From: Ruminococcus sp.
GTDB taxonomy: Bacteria > Bacillota_I > Bacilli_A > RF39 > UBA660
Direction: 5' to 3'
Length of the DNA: 61,771 bases
Assembly: GCA_023663235.1 (NCBI GenBank)
Contig: JAMPHW010000002.1
Location: 1 to 61,771 of the forward strand
The notes beneath the pieces were generated by a model. That model saw only the letters and a list, made by a program, of their open reading frames with translations. It did not search any database and was not told the DNA's origin. Positions 19,936-29,305 of this stretch are shown piece after piece (within the stretch, counting starts at the first letter, position 1; the number at the start of each line of letters is the position of its first letter). Made by a program: the position numbers and the translations under genes.

Positions 19936-20824
19936 TTTTCTTGCCTCCCGCTCTTTTAATAAAAGCTTCTTCCAAAGTGAGAGTTTCTTTAACTACTTCA
20001 TAAACTAAAATATCATTTAAAACTAAGTCTTTGATAAATAAGGCTATATCACTCTCTTCTTTTATGACTTCTATATGATTATCATCTATAATTCTATCCT
20101 TATCACTTAAAAATTTTAAAATATTTTCTATATCACTTACTTTAATAATATATTTATTATCTTTAACTTCTTTTATTTTATCAATTGTATTTTCTTCAAT
20201 TATTGAACCTTCTGATATAATACATACTTTATTACAAAAACTTTCAAGTTCACTAAGATTATGACTAGATATTAAAATGCCCATTCCAAGTTTCGCTAGC
20301 TTTTGTAAAAGATTACGTAAATCTTTTATTCCTTCTGGATCTAAGCCATTAGTAGGTTCATCTAAAATAAGTAATTCTGGACTATTAATTAAAGCGATAG
20401 CAAGTCCTAGCCTTTGTCTCATGCCTAAAGAGTATTTGCTAACTTTATCATTTATTCTCTCTTCTAGGCCTACTAAAGAAACAAGCTTTAATATATCTTC
20501 GTCTGTTACACGAGAATATAAATTAGCCTGCAATTTTAAATTCTCGAAACCTGTTAAATACATATAAACATCAGGAGATTCTACTATAGCTCCAACTTTG
20601 CTTATAGCTTTAACAAAATTCCTTCTTATGTCATAGCCATTTATCAAAACTTTTCCTGAACCTTTTTGAAGTCCCAAAATACATTTAATCGTTGTTGTTT
20701 TACCAGCGCCATTAGGACCAATAAAAGCTAGAATATCCCCTTTATCAATTTCAAAAGAAACATCCTTTAAAATATATTTTTTACCAAATTTTTTTGATAA
20801 ATTTTCTACTTTTAAAATATTCAT
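19928..20824 (-). CDS. ABC transporter ATP-binding protein
   Basis: Walker A GPNGAGKTT, signature YSLGMRQRLGLA, Walker B LILDEPT. ATG 20824 is preferred because the ORF-track TTG lies in the RBS GAAAGGAAAT. Confidence 0.92.
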   Translation of the reverse strand: MNILKVENLSKKFGKKYILKDVSFEIDKGDILAFIGPNGAGKTTTIKCILGLQKGSGKVLINGYDIRRNFVKAISKVGAIVESPDVYMYLTGFENLKLQANLYSRVTDEDILKLVSLVGLEERINDKVSKYSLGMRQRLGLAIALINSPELLILDEPTNGLDPEGIKDLRNLLQKLAKLGMGILISSHNLSELESFCNKVCIISEGSIIEENTIDKIKEVKDNKYIIKVSDIENILKFLSDKDRIIDDNHIEVIKEESDIALFIKDLVLNDILVYEVVKETLTLEEAFIKRAGGKKID

Positions 20825-20892
20825 ATTATTTCCTTTCAAATAGCGGAAGCGGTTAAATATAATATAACATAAAAAAAGAATAAGAACAAGTT

Positions 20893-20923
20893 AAAGAAAA
20901 AGTAGACTAAAATTAATCTACTT
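20893..20923 (-). terminator. Rho-independent terminator directly after the topA remnant
   Basis: Minus strand AAGTAGA-TTAATTTTAG-TCTACTT followed by TTTTCTTT. It starts 3 nt after the remnant stop codon. Confidence 0.65.
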
Positions 20924-20925
20924 AA

Positions 20926-21250
20926 TTATTTACTTTCTTGTTCTAAAGTTCTTACTAAAGCCATTACTTGCTCTAATTCTTCACATAATATTTTTTATTT
21001 TTTGTAACTAATAAATTTTTACAGTTAGGACATATTTCTCCTGTTGGCTCATACCAAGTTGCATACTTACACTCAGGAAAATTACTGCACCCATAAAATA
21101 CTTTGCATTTTTTAGTGTGCCTTGCCACTATTTCGTGTTCACATTTAGAACATTTTCCATAGCTTTAAGTATAATTAACAAAATATCACTTAAACAAGTC
21201 AAATCTGTGCGCATATAAGTAATCAAACCTATTATCTCATTATTCAATTA
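20926..21250 (-). pseudogene. topA: Decayed second copy of topA: 5'-truncated, with a ~0.9 kb internal deletion and a frameshift
   Basis: 20977-21166 aligns to topA 23961-24151 with 6 substitutions and a 1-nt deletion. 21178-21248 aligns at ~85% to topA 25052-25126 (GLITYMRTD segment). Translation gives ..IIGLITYMRTDLTCLSD.. and ..YGKCSKCEHEIVARHTKKCKVFYGCSNFPECKYATWYEPTGEICPNCKNLLVTKNKK.. in different frames. Confidence 0.9.
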
Positions 21251-21287
21251 TAAGTATAACAAAAAGTAATTATTATATCTACTAATT

Positions 21288-22280
21288 TTAATTATCAGTA
21301 CGTTTTCTATTTAATTCTCTCCCTATTTCATTAAACTCTGGAGCATTAGTAAAATCAATCTCAATTCTACAATCGTCGTCATATTCTTCAACATAAGCAA
21401 TAATAGGATTATGAAAAATACCTTTCTGAGCAAGTTTTAATCCATCATAACTACTATTATGAGAAACACTCTTATCAAACTCACGTTCTTCCATTCCAAG
21501 TTCTCTAATAACATGCGTTTTTATATAATGATAAAAATAACCTAGACATGGATAATAATCAGAATAATTTTCAAAATTCTGGTCATCATATTCTTCTAAT
21601 AAATCCTGCTGTTGCTCTGATAAATCCTCAAAAGTTATTTGCCCTTTAGACATTTGTGTTTGCAGTTCATTAGCACTTCTAATATTATCCAAAACATTTT
21701 TAAAACCAGCAGAATAGAGTAACACTCTAGTAAGAATATTATATAGTAAAACGATTTCGTTTATTTCTTTTTCTGAATAACTATCAAATTTATTAGCCAA
21801 CCCCTTATCCTTAAGATAAGCTTCATGCATAAATTCATTATATCTTTTCACAATATTTGGAATATTTACTTCTGATAAATCAATCTCATCTTTAATAGCA
21901 TAATCAAGATTATTTAAGTCATAAGGTTCTGCTAAATAGTTTATTCTATATAAAGCATTTGCCATACACATTTCATTAAATAAATATAATACAAAATTCA
22001 ATGAAACAATTCGTTGATATTTACTATTTTCAAAATCCCATTTACCAACAGAAGGTTGAACATAATTAATAAAAATCCCATCTACAAATTGAACTCTTGC
22101 TAAAATTCCATTTCTTTCTGTAGAATAAATAATTCCATTTTTTGATAAAGTATAAAATAATAATTTTAAATAATCATTTAATAGCAAATCAAAACTATCA
22201 TATTTTGAACCCCTAAGTTCTGCTTCTCCAAATTCCTCTGGGTATTTTCCAATAATACTTATTGTATTAAAATTGTCCAT
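21288..22280 (-). CDS. Hypothetical cytoplasmic protein (330 aa), second gene of the topA-associated cassette
   Basis: Clean ORF with RBS GGAGAT, 5 nt after the upstream stop. It has no TM or signal peptide and no motif I recognise, plus an acidic stretch EDLSEQQQDLLEEYDDQNFENYSDYY. Confidence 0.7.
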   Translation of the reverse strand: MDNFNTISIIGKYPEEFGEAELRGSKYDSFDLLLNDYLKLLFYTLSKNGIIYSTERNGILARVQFVDGIFINYVQPSVGKWDFENSKYQRIVSLNFVLYLFNEMCMANALYRINYLAEPYDLNNLDYAIKDEIDLSEVNIPNIVKRYNEFMHEAYLKDKGLANKFDSYSEKEINEIVLLYNILTRVLLYSAGFKNVLDNIRSANELQTQMSKGQITFEDLSEQQQDLLEEYDDQNFENYSDYYPCLGYFYHYIKTHVIRELGMEEREFDKSVSHNSSYDGLKLAQKGIFHNPIIAYVEEYDDDCRIEIDFTNAPEFNEIGRELNRKRTDN

Positions 22281-22285
22281 ATCTA

Positions 22286-23869
22286 TTATCTCCTTCCTAA
22301 ATTAGAACCATCAGTAGGTGCATCTTCTGGTGATATTTCATAATTAAGAACAAAACCTTGATTTAATAAATTATTTTCTAAAGCTGCTTTTTTAGCTTCA
22401 GGCGTTAAATGTGCATAATTATCAAGCATTAATATCAACGAATTTGGTTCTCCTGGAATCTCTTCCTTTAACCCTGATGTTAATACATAATAACAAATAT
22501 TTTTGACTACTTCTTGTACTCTTTTGCTTAAAAAATGATAAAATTGATATCCATAATTAGAACCCTGTAAACACTCAACTTTACCTGAAAGTATATAGTT
22601 ATACGCATATAAAACATATTCTAAAAGACTTTCTCCTGTATAAAAAGTGCGATATATAACTTCATAACAATAAGCAAAAAGATTATTTACTGGTAAAATA
22701 TGAGGGTCAACTTCTAATATAAATTGTTTAGCTGAAGTTTTTAAATATCCTAATCCCTCAATGGTACCAAATCTCTCTAAATAAGACTTTAATAAATTCA
22801 TAGATTGAAGGGCATTCGCTTTAGAATTAAGTTTAGAAGCTCTTATTCTCTCTTTTATAGTCTTACACTTATATACTTCTTTATTATCTACTATAACTCT
22901 TAAAATAAAGTAATTATCAGCATCTTCAATATTAAAATTTGGCATTTCAATACCATTAGTGTCCACAGCATTCTCTAAATTAATAGTACCAAAATCACGA
23001 ATAGAACAACCTCTTTTCAAAGATGTTAATGTACCTTTTATTTTTCTTAAGATAGGCTTCCCATCTCCACCAATTACATAGAAAGAAACTGTCATTTCTT
23101 TACCAACAAATGTCTCAAAAATTTCTCTCATCCGATCATAATCTTTTGAGCTATATATCTTATTATTACATTTTTGCTCTTCTTCTCTTAACTCAGATAC
23201 ATAGTCAAAATTATATCCTCCGAGCCATGAACTAATTTTTTTAAGTTCTTCGCCACTATTAATAATGCAATTATACTCTTTTTCTAGTTCTTTTTTGTTT
23301 CTATATAAGGCAATGGCATCCTCATCAGTTTGAGCATTAGCAGTATGCAAAAAAACTAAAGTATCAAAAGTAATTTGTTCTCCCTTTTGTTCTAGATAAC
23401 ATAAAACGCTATAATTCTCAGCAAGAACTCTTCCTAAAGGTAGACCTAATTCTTGGAAATGAATTAACTTTTTTATTACTTCTTCCGTTTGTGATCTAAA
23501 AAGTATACTATCTAATTCTGTAGAGTTTATTTTCTTTACTTTTGAAGACATAGTCCAAGTTAAATCATTAAGGCAATTATAAGTATCTTTATTTATTACT
23601 AAACCATGCATTTCTGCTAAAACTAAAAAATCATAAATTTCTCCTACATAATTCGTATTTACCCCATTTTGATGCCAAGTTCTAAAATTAGGCAAAATTT
23701 CTTCCTTAAATTTTTTAATACTAAGATTATCTTTTTCTAATCCTGCTATCCAATGGACTATAATATAATCAGTACACAAAGCTAAATCTTCATTATCAGA
23801 AAAAAAGCCTAATTCTTTAGCAATATTAATATATTTAGAATTTTCTCTAACGGCTTTATAAAATTCCAT
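22286..23869 (-). CDS. Hypothetical cytoplasmic protein (527 aa), first gene of the topA-associated cassette
   Basis: Clean ORF. The start is taken at ATG 23869 (MEFYKAV.., RBS AAGGGGG) because the ORF-track start at 23923 is the TTG of the -35 box. No TM, Walker A, HExxH or HTH recognised. Confidence 0.7.
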   Translation of the reverse strand: MEFYKAVRENSKYINIAKELGFFSDNEDLALCTDYIIVHWIAGLEKDNLSIKKFKEEILPNFRTWHQNGVNTNYVGEIYDFLVLAEMHGLVINKDTYNCLNDLTWTMSSKVKKINSTELDSILFRSQTEEVIKKLIHFQELGLPLGRVLAENYSVLCYLEQKGEQITFDTLVFLHTANAQTDEDAIALYRNKKELEKEYNCIINSGEELKKISSWLGGYNFDYVSELREEEQKCNNKIYSSKDYDRMREIFETFVGKEMTVSFYVIGGDGKPILRKIKGTLTSLKRGCSIRDFGTINLENAVDTNGIEMPNFNIEDADNYFILRVIVDNKEVYKCKTIKERIRASKLNSKANALQSMNLLKSYLERFGTIEGLGYLKTSAKQFILEVDPHILPVNNLFAYCYEVIYRTFYTGESLLEYVLYAYNYILSGKVECLQGSNYGYQFYHFLSKRVQEVVKNICYYVLTSGLKEEIPGEPNSLILMLDNYAHLTPEAKKAALENNLLNQGFVLNYEISPEDAPTDGSNLGRR

Positions 23870-23893
23870 AAAAGACCCCCTTAAATGTCTTTT

Positions 23894-23923
23894 ATTATAA
23901 CATATGATGATATTATTTGTCAA
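23894..23923 (-). promoter_or_regulatory. Consensus SigA promoter of the two-gene cassette
   Basis: Minus strand TTGACA (23918-23923), an 18 nt spacer, then TGTTATAAT (extended -10, TATAAT at 23894-23899). It lies 19 nt after the topA stop. Confidence 0.8.
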
Positions 23924-23942
23924 TTTTTACAAAAAGAAAAGA

Positions 23943-25967
23943 CTACTTAACGTAGCCACATTCTTCACATAATACTTTTTTATTTTTTGTAACTAATAAA
24001 TTTTTACAGTTAGGACATATTTCTCCCGTTGGCTCATACCAAGTTGCATACTTACACTTAGGAAAATTACTGCACCCATAAAATACTTTACCTTTTTTAG
24101 TGTGCCTTGCCACTATTTCGTGTTCACATTTAGGACAGTTTCCATAGCTTTTTGTTTCTTTTTCATCTTTTTTTACATAGTTACAGTTAGGATAATTAGA
24201 ACAAGCAACAAATTCTCCATATTTACCACTTCTAACAACTAAATCACTACCACACAGAGGACAAGACTCTCCTGTTTTTTCAGGTTCTTTCTTTTCCATT
24301 TCTTTAAACGCTTTTTCCACTAAAGGAGCAAACTCTTGATAAAAATTAGTTAATACTTCAATATTATCTTTTTTATCATCAGCTATTTCATCAAGTTCTG
24401 TTTCCATATTAGCTGTATATTCAACATTTACTATTCCACTAAAGAACTCTTGTAATTTATCAGTTGTTTCTATCCCAATATCAGTTGGATAAAACTTTTT
24501 ATCTTCAATTTTAACATAGCCCCGGTCTTTAATCGTTTTCATAATCGTTGCATAAGTACTTGGTCTACCTATTCCTAAACTTTCCATTTCCTTAATTAAA
24601 CTTGATTCTGTGTATCTTGGAGCAGGCTTAGTAAAGTGTTGGAATTTCTCTATTTTATCAGCAGCAATAACATCACTTTTATAATTTTTAAAGTCTGGTA
24701 AAATAACATCTTCGCTATCTTCAAATTCTTTATAAACCTTTAAGTAGCCATCAAACTTTAAAACACTTCCTGATGCTTTAAATTGATATCCATTATTTTC
24801 TAAAGTTACAGTAGTTGCTAAAGTTTTAGCATTACTCATTAAATAAGCTAAAGTTCTTATATAAATTAAACGATATAACTTATATTCATCAGCACTTAAA
24901 TATTCTTTTAAAGACTCTGGAGTACGCATAATACTAGTTGGTCTTATTGCTTCGTGAGCATCTTGAGCTCCCTTAGGTTCCTTTGATGCTTTAACTCCAC
25001 CTACATATTCTGGTCCATAATTATTTTTAATATAACTTTTAGTATCATGAACAAAAACATCACTTAAACGAGTTGAATCTGTACGCATATAAGTAATTAA
25101 ACCAACCGTTTCATTCCCTATATTCATACCTTCATATAATTTTTGAGCTATTTGCATTGTTTTACTTGAAGAAAAATTAAGACGATTTGCTGCCATTTGT
25201 TGTAAAGTTGAAGTTCTAAAAGGATCTTTTGCTTTTTTTAACTTTTCTTTTTCTTCTACATTTTCTATCTTAAAAGACTTAGATAATTTATTTAATATCT
25301 CATCAGCTTCTACTTCACTATTAATTTCTATTTTTTTATTATGGTATTTCTCAAGTTCGGCTTTAAATTCTTTAAAATCAGCTTCAATAGTCCAATACTC
25401 TTTAGGAATAAAAGCTAGTATTTCCCTTTCTCTATCAACTATTAATTTAAGTGCTACTGATTGAACACGTCCAGCACTTTTACCACCAGTTTTTCTTTGC
25501 ATTAATTTACTTAATCTAAATCCAATAATACGATCTAGCATTCTTCTTGTCTCTTGACTTTTAACTAAATCCATATCTATTTTACGTGCATTATTTATTG
25601 CATTTACTACAACATCTTTGGTTATTTCATTAAAAACAACCCTTTCATAATCATTATCTTTTAAAGCAAGCTCATCATATAAATGCCATGATATAGCTTC
25701 TCCTTCACGGTCAGGGTCTGTTGCAAGTATTACTTTATCGCTTTCTTTAGCCATTTTCTTTAAAGCTGAAATATCTTTTTTCTTTCCTGTTATTGGAATA
25801 TAATTAGGTTTAAAATCATTTTCTATATCAATTCCTAAACCATATTTTCCAGTTGTTGCTAAATCCCTAATATGTCCTTTACTAGATACTACTTTATAAT
25901 CTTCCCCTAAATACTTTTCAATCGTTTTACTTTTTGCAGGTGATTCTACAATTACTAATTTACTCAT
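23943..25967 (-). CDS. topA: DNA topoisomerase I
   Basis: 674 aa with a Toprim N-terminus (LVIVESPAKSKTI, DPDREGE), an active-site Tyr segment (GLITYMRTDSTRLS) and three C-terminal Cys4 zinc ribbons. Confidence 0.97.
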   Translation of the reverse strand: MSKLVIVESPAKSKTIEKYLGEDYKVVSSKGHIRDLATTGKYGLGIDIENDFKPNYIPITGKKKDISALKKMAKESDKVILATDPDREGEAISWHLYDELALKDNDYERVVFNEITKDVVVNAINNARKIDMDLVKSQETRRMLDRIIGFRLSKLMQRKTGGKSAGRVQSVALKLIVDREREILAFIPKEYWTIEADFKEFKAELEKYHNKKIEINSEVEADEILNKLSKSFKIENVEEKEKLKKAKDPFRTSTLQQMAANRLNFSSSKTMQIAQKLYEGMNIGNETVGLITYMRTDSTRLSDVFVHDTKSYIKNNYGPEYVGGVKASKEPKGAQDAHEAIRPTSIMRTPESLKEYLSADEYKLYRLIYIRTLAYLMSNAKTLATTVTLENNGYQFKASGSVLKFDGYLKVYKEFEDSEDVILPDFKNYKSDVIAADKIEKFQHFTKPAPRYTESSLIKEMESLGIGRPSTYATIMKTIKDRGYVKIEDKKFYPTDIGIETTDKLQEFFSGIVNVEYTANMETELDEIADDKKDNIEVLTNFYQEFAPLVEKAFKEMEKKEPEKTGESCPLCGSDLVVRSGKYGEFVACSNYPNCNYVKKDEKETKSYGNCPKCEHEIVARHTKKGKVFYGCSNFPKCKYATWYEPTGEICPNCKNLLVTKNKKVLCEECGYVK

Positions 25968-26610
25968 TTTCTTTTCCCTTTCTTAAAGTATCTATTACTT
26001 CTAGCCATTTTTCTTCATTTCCTATCCAAAAGTTTGGATTAATATTCTCACTATCATCATCTTTATTAATATCATTAAAATAATATTCAATTATTTTTAA
26101 ATTTTTACATATATCTATTTCTAATTTAGGCTCTTCTATTAATCTATTTTGAATATTAATTAAAGTTATATTTTTATTAGGAAACAAAAGACCAATTGCT
26201 TTTAAAAAGCTTTTAAGTTCTTCTAAATTAACATTTTGATTAGTAAGCATTGCTATATTTCTAGCTTCTTTAATATGTTCTTTTAATCTATTGTATCTTT
26301 TTTGCATTAATTTTTTACAATTAAGAATTGCTGCCCCAATGTCTTCATCCTCTTTTATATGATGAGCAATAATTATCCCGTTATTATCTTTAATTCTTTT
26401 TAAACCTGGAATATGCCACTCTTCACTTACATCTTGAAAACTATTTAAAAATACATTAAAATCACTTTCAAAAAGCCTCAAAACAGTTTTCAAATCTGTG
26501 CCTAGCCAATCAAAAGGATAAGCATAAGTTCTAAGGCCAGTTAACGTAAGATAATAGGCTGGTCTGCAAAAAGGACCTATACTAAAAACTAAATCATATT
26601 TATTAACCAT
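25960..26610 (-). CDS. DUF1796-like (putative papain-like cysteine peptidase) protein
   Basis: 216 aa. The N-terminus FSIGPFCRPAYYLTLTGLRTYAYPFDWL matches the SxGxxC...PFDW pattern I associate with DUF1796. Confidence 0.5.
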   Translation of the reverse strand: MVNKYDLVFSIGPFCRPAYYLTLTGLRTYAYPFDWLGTDLKTVLRLFESDFNVFLNSFQDVSEEWHIPGLKRIKDNNGIIIAHHIKEDEDIGAAILNCKKLMQKRYNRLKEHIKEARNIAMLTNQNVNLEELKSFLKAIGLLFPNKNITLINIQNRLIEEPKLEIDICKNLKIIEYYFNDINKDDDSENINPNFWIGNEEKWLEVIDTLRKGKENE

Positions 26611-26643
26611 AAATAACCTAATTACTTTCTTTATTTGTGCTTA

Positions 26644-28683
26644 TTATGAGTTATAGAGATAACTATCTAACTTCTCGTTTAAATAGTTAAAGTAATTGCT
26701 TTTAATCGCTAAACTACTCATCTTTAATTTTAAACTCACTTTTTCATTAATTGCAAGTATTTCTTCATCAGTATACACTTTTTCTGTATAGTAATTAATA
26801 TTATTAGTACTAGAATCATAAAAAGCATATTCATTTTTCCATGATGCATCATCAAATATGACTAATGACTCATAATCAGCATCTAAAACATCATAGCCTG
26901 AATATAAACGCGAATCAAAATTTAAATTAAATAGATTAGCTAAAGTAGGTGTTGTATTTACGTGAGCTGTAAATTCTTTAAACTCTGTCTTTGATAGTGA
27001 TGAATTATAAATTATAAAAGGTACTCTTTCTGAATCATTATCTTTAGAAATATCATAGCCATAAGCTTTAGTTAAATTAGGTTTAGAAATACCATAAGGA
27101 TAGTGGTCAGCAAATAAAACAATTACTGTATCATCTAACATATCTCTCTCTTCTAAACCAGTTAATAATGAACCTACTGCATCATCAACAACCTTTAATT
27201 TTGACATATACGCTCTAACATCATTTGGATAACTAGTTGGAAATAAATCTTTATATAAATAATTATATGTTGAATCATCCGTATATGGCATATGTGATGT
27301 AACTGTCGTTAAAAATGTCATAAATGGTCTGCCTGTTTCTTTTTCGTCTAGCACCTTCAAATAAGATTTAATAAAGTCATCATCACTAGCCCAATTACCA
27401 TAAGAAGTACTATACTTAATATTTAAATCTGTAACTTTATAATATTTTTTACTTCCTAAATTCTTATGAATTGTAGTTCTTGGATAGTAAGCATCAATAT
27501 GATCATGATAACTACTAGTAGAATAACCTTTATTATTAAACAAGTTAAATAAACTAGTAAAATAAGTATTATTCTTATAATATGTCGCTGTACAATTATT
27601 ATTAATTGTATAAAGCCCTGTTATATTACTAAATTCATTATTTATAGTACTACAAGTATTTCTTGGACTATAATAGTTACTCCAACTCCAGCCTTCGTTA
27701 TATAATTTATAAATATTAGGATAATATTCTTCGTTTATCATTAAATTACTACCTGATTCAATCATTAAAACAATCAAGTTTTTATTTTCAAATATCCCTG
27801 TATAAGCATTTGTTTTACTTGGATATTTACTTATAAAATACTTATTTAAAGTATTTTTATTAACATTTTTTTCTTCATCAATAATACTTTTCCAAATATC
27901 ATTATCAATTGTTAATTGCTTTTTAAATGTAAGTGAGGCTTCTGGCTTACTAGATTCTAAATCATCAGGATTATAATCTATCTCCGTATCTAATTCTTCT
28001 CCTGGAAGTAAATATTCCTTTACATCTAAAAATCCAAACCCAATATACCCAAAATCACTAACAAGCAAACTAGGATTATTAGGTTTTTTAAATAAATCTA
28101 ATGATGAAACTGATTGCATTTTATTTTGAAAAACATCAAACTTTAAAGTTGTATAAAAACCTAAGCTAAAAAATATTAATAGCAATACTTCAAAATATTT
28201 AATAATGCCTAAATATATATCCCACTTTCTTTTTGGAATATCAAAAGTTATTCTTTTATCAACAAAAATATAATAAATTAACAATAAAATTAACGGAATA
28301 AAAATAAAATAATAAGTTATATGGAAACTTTTAATGAAATCCCAAATATATGAAGTTACAGCCTCTGCTTGAGAACTAGAAGCAATAGAGACATATATAC
28401 TAAAATAATTTTTAAAACCTAATTGAACAATTCCGTAAACGCTAAAAAAAGTAACAAAAATAATATTAAATATTGTTCCAGCCCGTTTAGGCAAAAAAGA
28501 AAATAAAAAACTAAAAAAAGTAGCTAAAATATTAAGTCCAAAAAATATTCTTAAACTTGCCCACGATAAAAGCGTTAATCCACTAATTAAATGGAAAATA
28601 ATTTCCAAAAGTAATAGCGATACTAATAACAAACAATAATTTCTAACAAACTTATATTGCCACAATCTCCTTATTTTCTTCAT
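26644..28683 (-). CDS. LTA synthase (LtaS) family sulfatase-domain protein
   Basis: 679 aa with ~5 N-terminal TMs followed by an extracytoplasmic sulfatase/alkaline-phosphatase-like domain (LIVLMIESGS.., FADHYPYG). Confidence 0.8.
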   Translation of the reverse strand: MKKIRRLWQYKFVRNYCLLLVSLLLLEIIFHLISGLTLLSWASLRIFFGLNILATFFSFLFSFLPKRAGTIFNIIFVTFFSVYGIVQLGFKNYFSIYVSIASSSQAEAVTSYIWDFIKSFHITYYFIFIPLILLLIYYIFVDKRITFDIPKRKWDIYLGIIKYFEVLLLIFFSLGFYTTLKFDVFQNKMQSVSSLDLFKKPNNPSLLVSDFGYIGFGFLDVKEYLLPGEELDTEIDYNPDDLESSKPEASLTFKKQLTIDNDIWKSIIDEEKNVNKNTLNKYFISKYPSKTNAYTGIFENKNLIVLMIESGSNLMINEEYYPNIYKLYNEGWSWSNYYSPRNTCSTINNEFSNITGLYTINNNCTATYYKNNTYFTSLFNLFNNKGYSTSSYHDHIDAYYPRTTIHKNLGSKKYYKVTDLNIKYSTSYGNWASDDDFIKSYLKVLDEKETGRPFMTFLTTVTSHMPYTDDSTYNYLYKDLFPTSYPNDVRAYMSKLKVVDDAVGSLLTGLEERDMLDDTVIVLFADHYPYGISKPNLTKAYGYDISKDNDSERVPFIIYNSSLSKTEFKEFTAHVNTTPTLANLFNLNFDSRLYSGYDVLDADYESLVIFDDASWKNEYAFYDSSTNNINYYTEKVYTDEEILAINEKVSLKLKMSSLAIKSNYFNYLNEKLDSYLYNS

Positions 28684-29305
28684 TATTACCCAACTCCTCT
28701 ATTATTTTCTTTACTGGTTTATAACTCATACGATATTCATCAAAAACCCCATATTTTTTTATTAATTCTAAATGTTCTTTTGTAGGATAACCCTTATGTT
28801 TTTTTAAATTATATTCTGGGTGAAGTTTATCCATTTCATACATTAAATGATCTCTAGTTACTTTAGCAACAACACTAGCCGCTGCAATAGATAACGATAA
28901 AGCATCACCATGAATAATTGGCTTAGAAGGAATATCTATATCATTTAAGCTCATCGCATCGCTTAAGATATATTCTGGGGTTATATCTAAATTATTTATA
29001 GCTATATACATTGCTTTTCTTGAAGCCTCCAAAATATTAATTTCATCTATTTCTTTAGCACTAACAATACCTACTCCAATACTAATGGCATCCTTCTTTA
29101 ATATTTCAAAATACTCTTCTCGCTTTTTTTCGCTTAATTGCTTCGAATCATTTAATCCTTCTAAATGATAATTTTTAGGTAAAATTACTGCTCCAGCAAC
29201 AACTGGGCCAACTAGAGGACCTCTTCCGGCCTCGTCAACTCCTGCTATTAAACAAATATTATTTTTATATAGTTCTTTTTCATATTTTAATAAATTAGAT
29301 TTCAT
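28652..29305 (-). CDS. rnhB: Ribonuclease HII
   Basis: GVDEAGRGPLVGPVV and DSK motifs, in the position after rbgA as in B. subtilis. The start is uncertain (ATG 29305 or TTG 29317). The 3' end overlaps the LtaS start by 32 nt. Confidence 0.93.
   Translation of the reverse strand: MKSNLLKYEKELYKNNICLIAGVDEAGRGPLVGPVVAGAVILPKNYHLEGLNDSKQLSEKKREEYFEILKKDAISIGVGIVSAKEIDEINILEASRKAMYIAINNLDITPEYILSDAMSLNDIDIPSKPIIHGDALSLSIAAASVVAKVTRDHLMYEMDKLHPEYNLKKHKGYPTKEHLELIKKYGVFDEYRMSYKPVKKIIEELGNNEENKEIVAI

Noticed and set aside
23870-23923. N-terminal extension (MTNNIIICYNKRHLRGSF) of the 545-aa ORF
   Set aside because: The proposed start codon is the TTG of the TTGACA -35 box, and the extension covers the whole promoter. 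ATG 23869 has a proper RBS.
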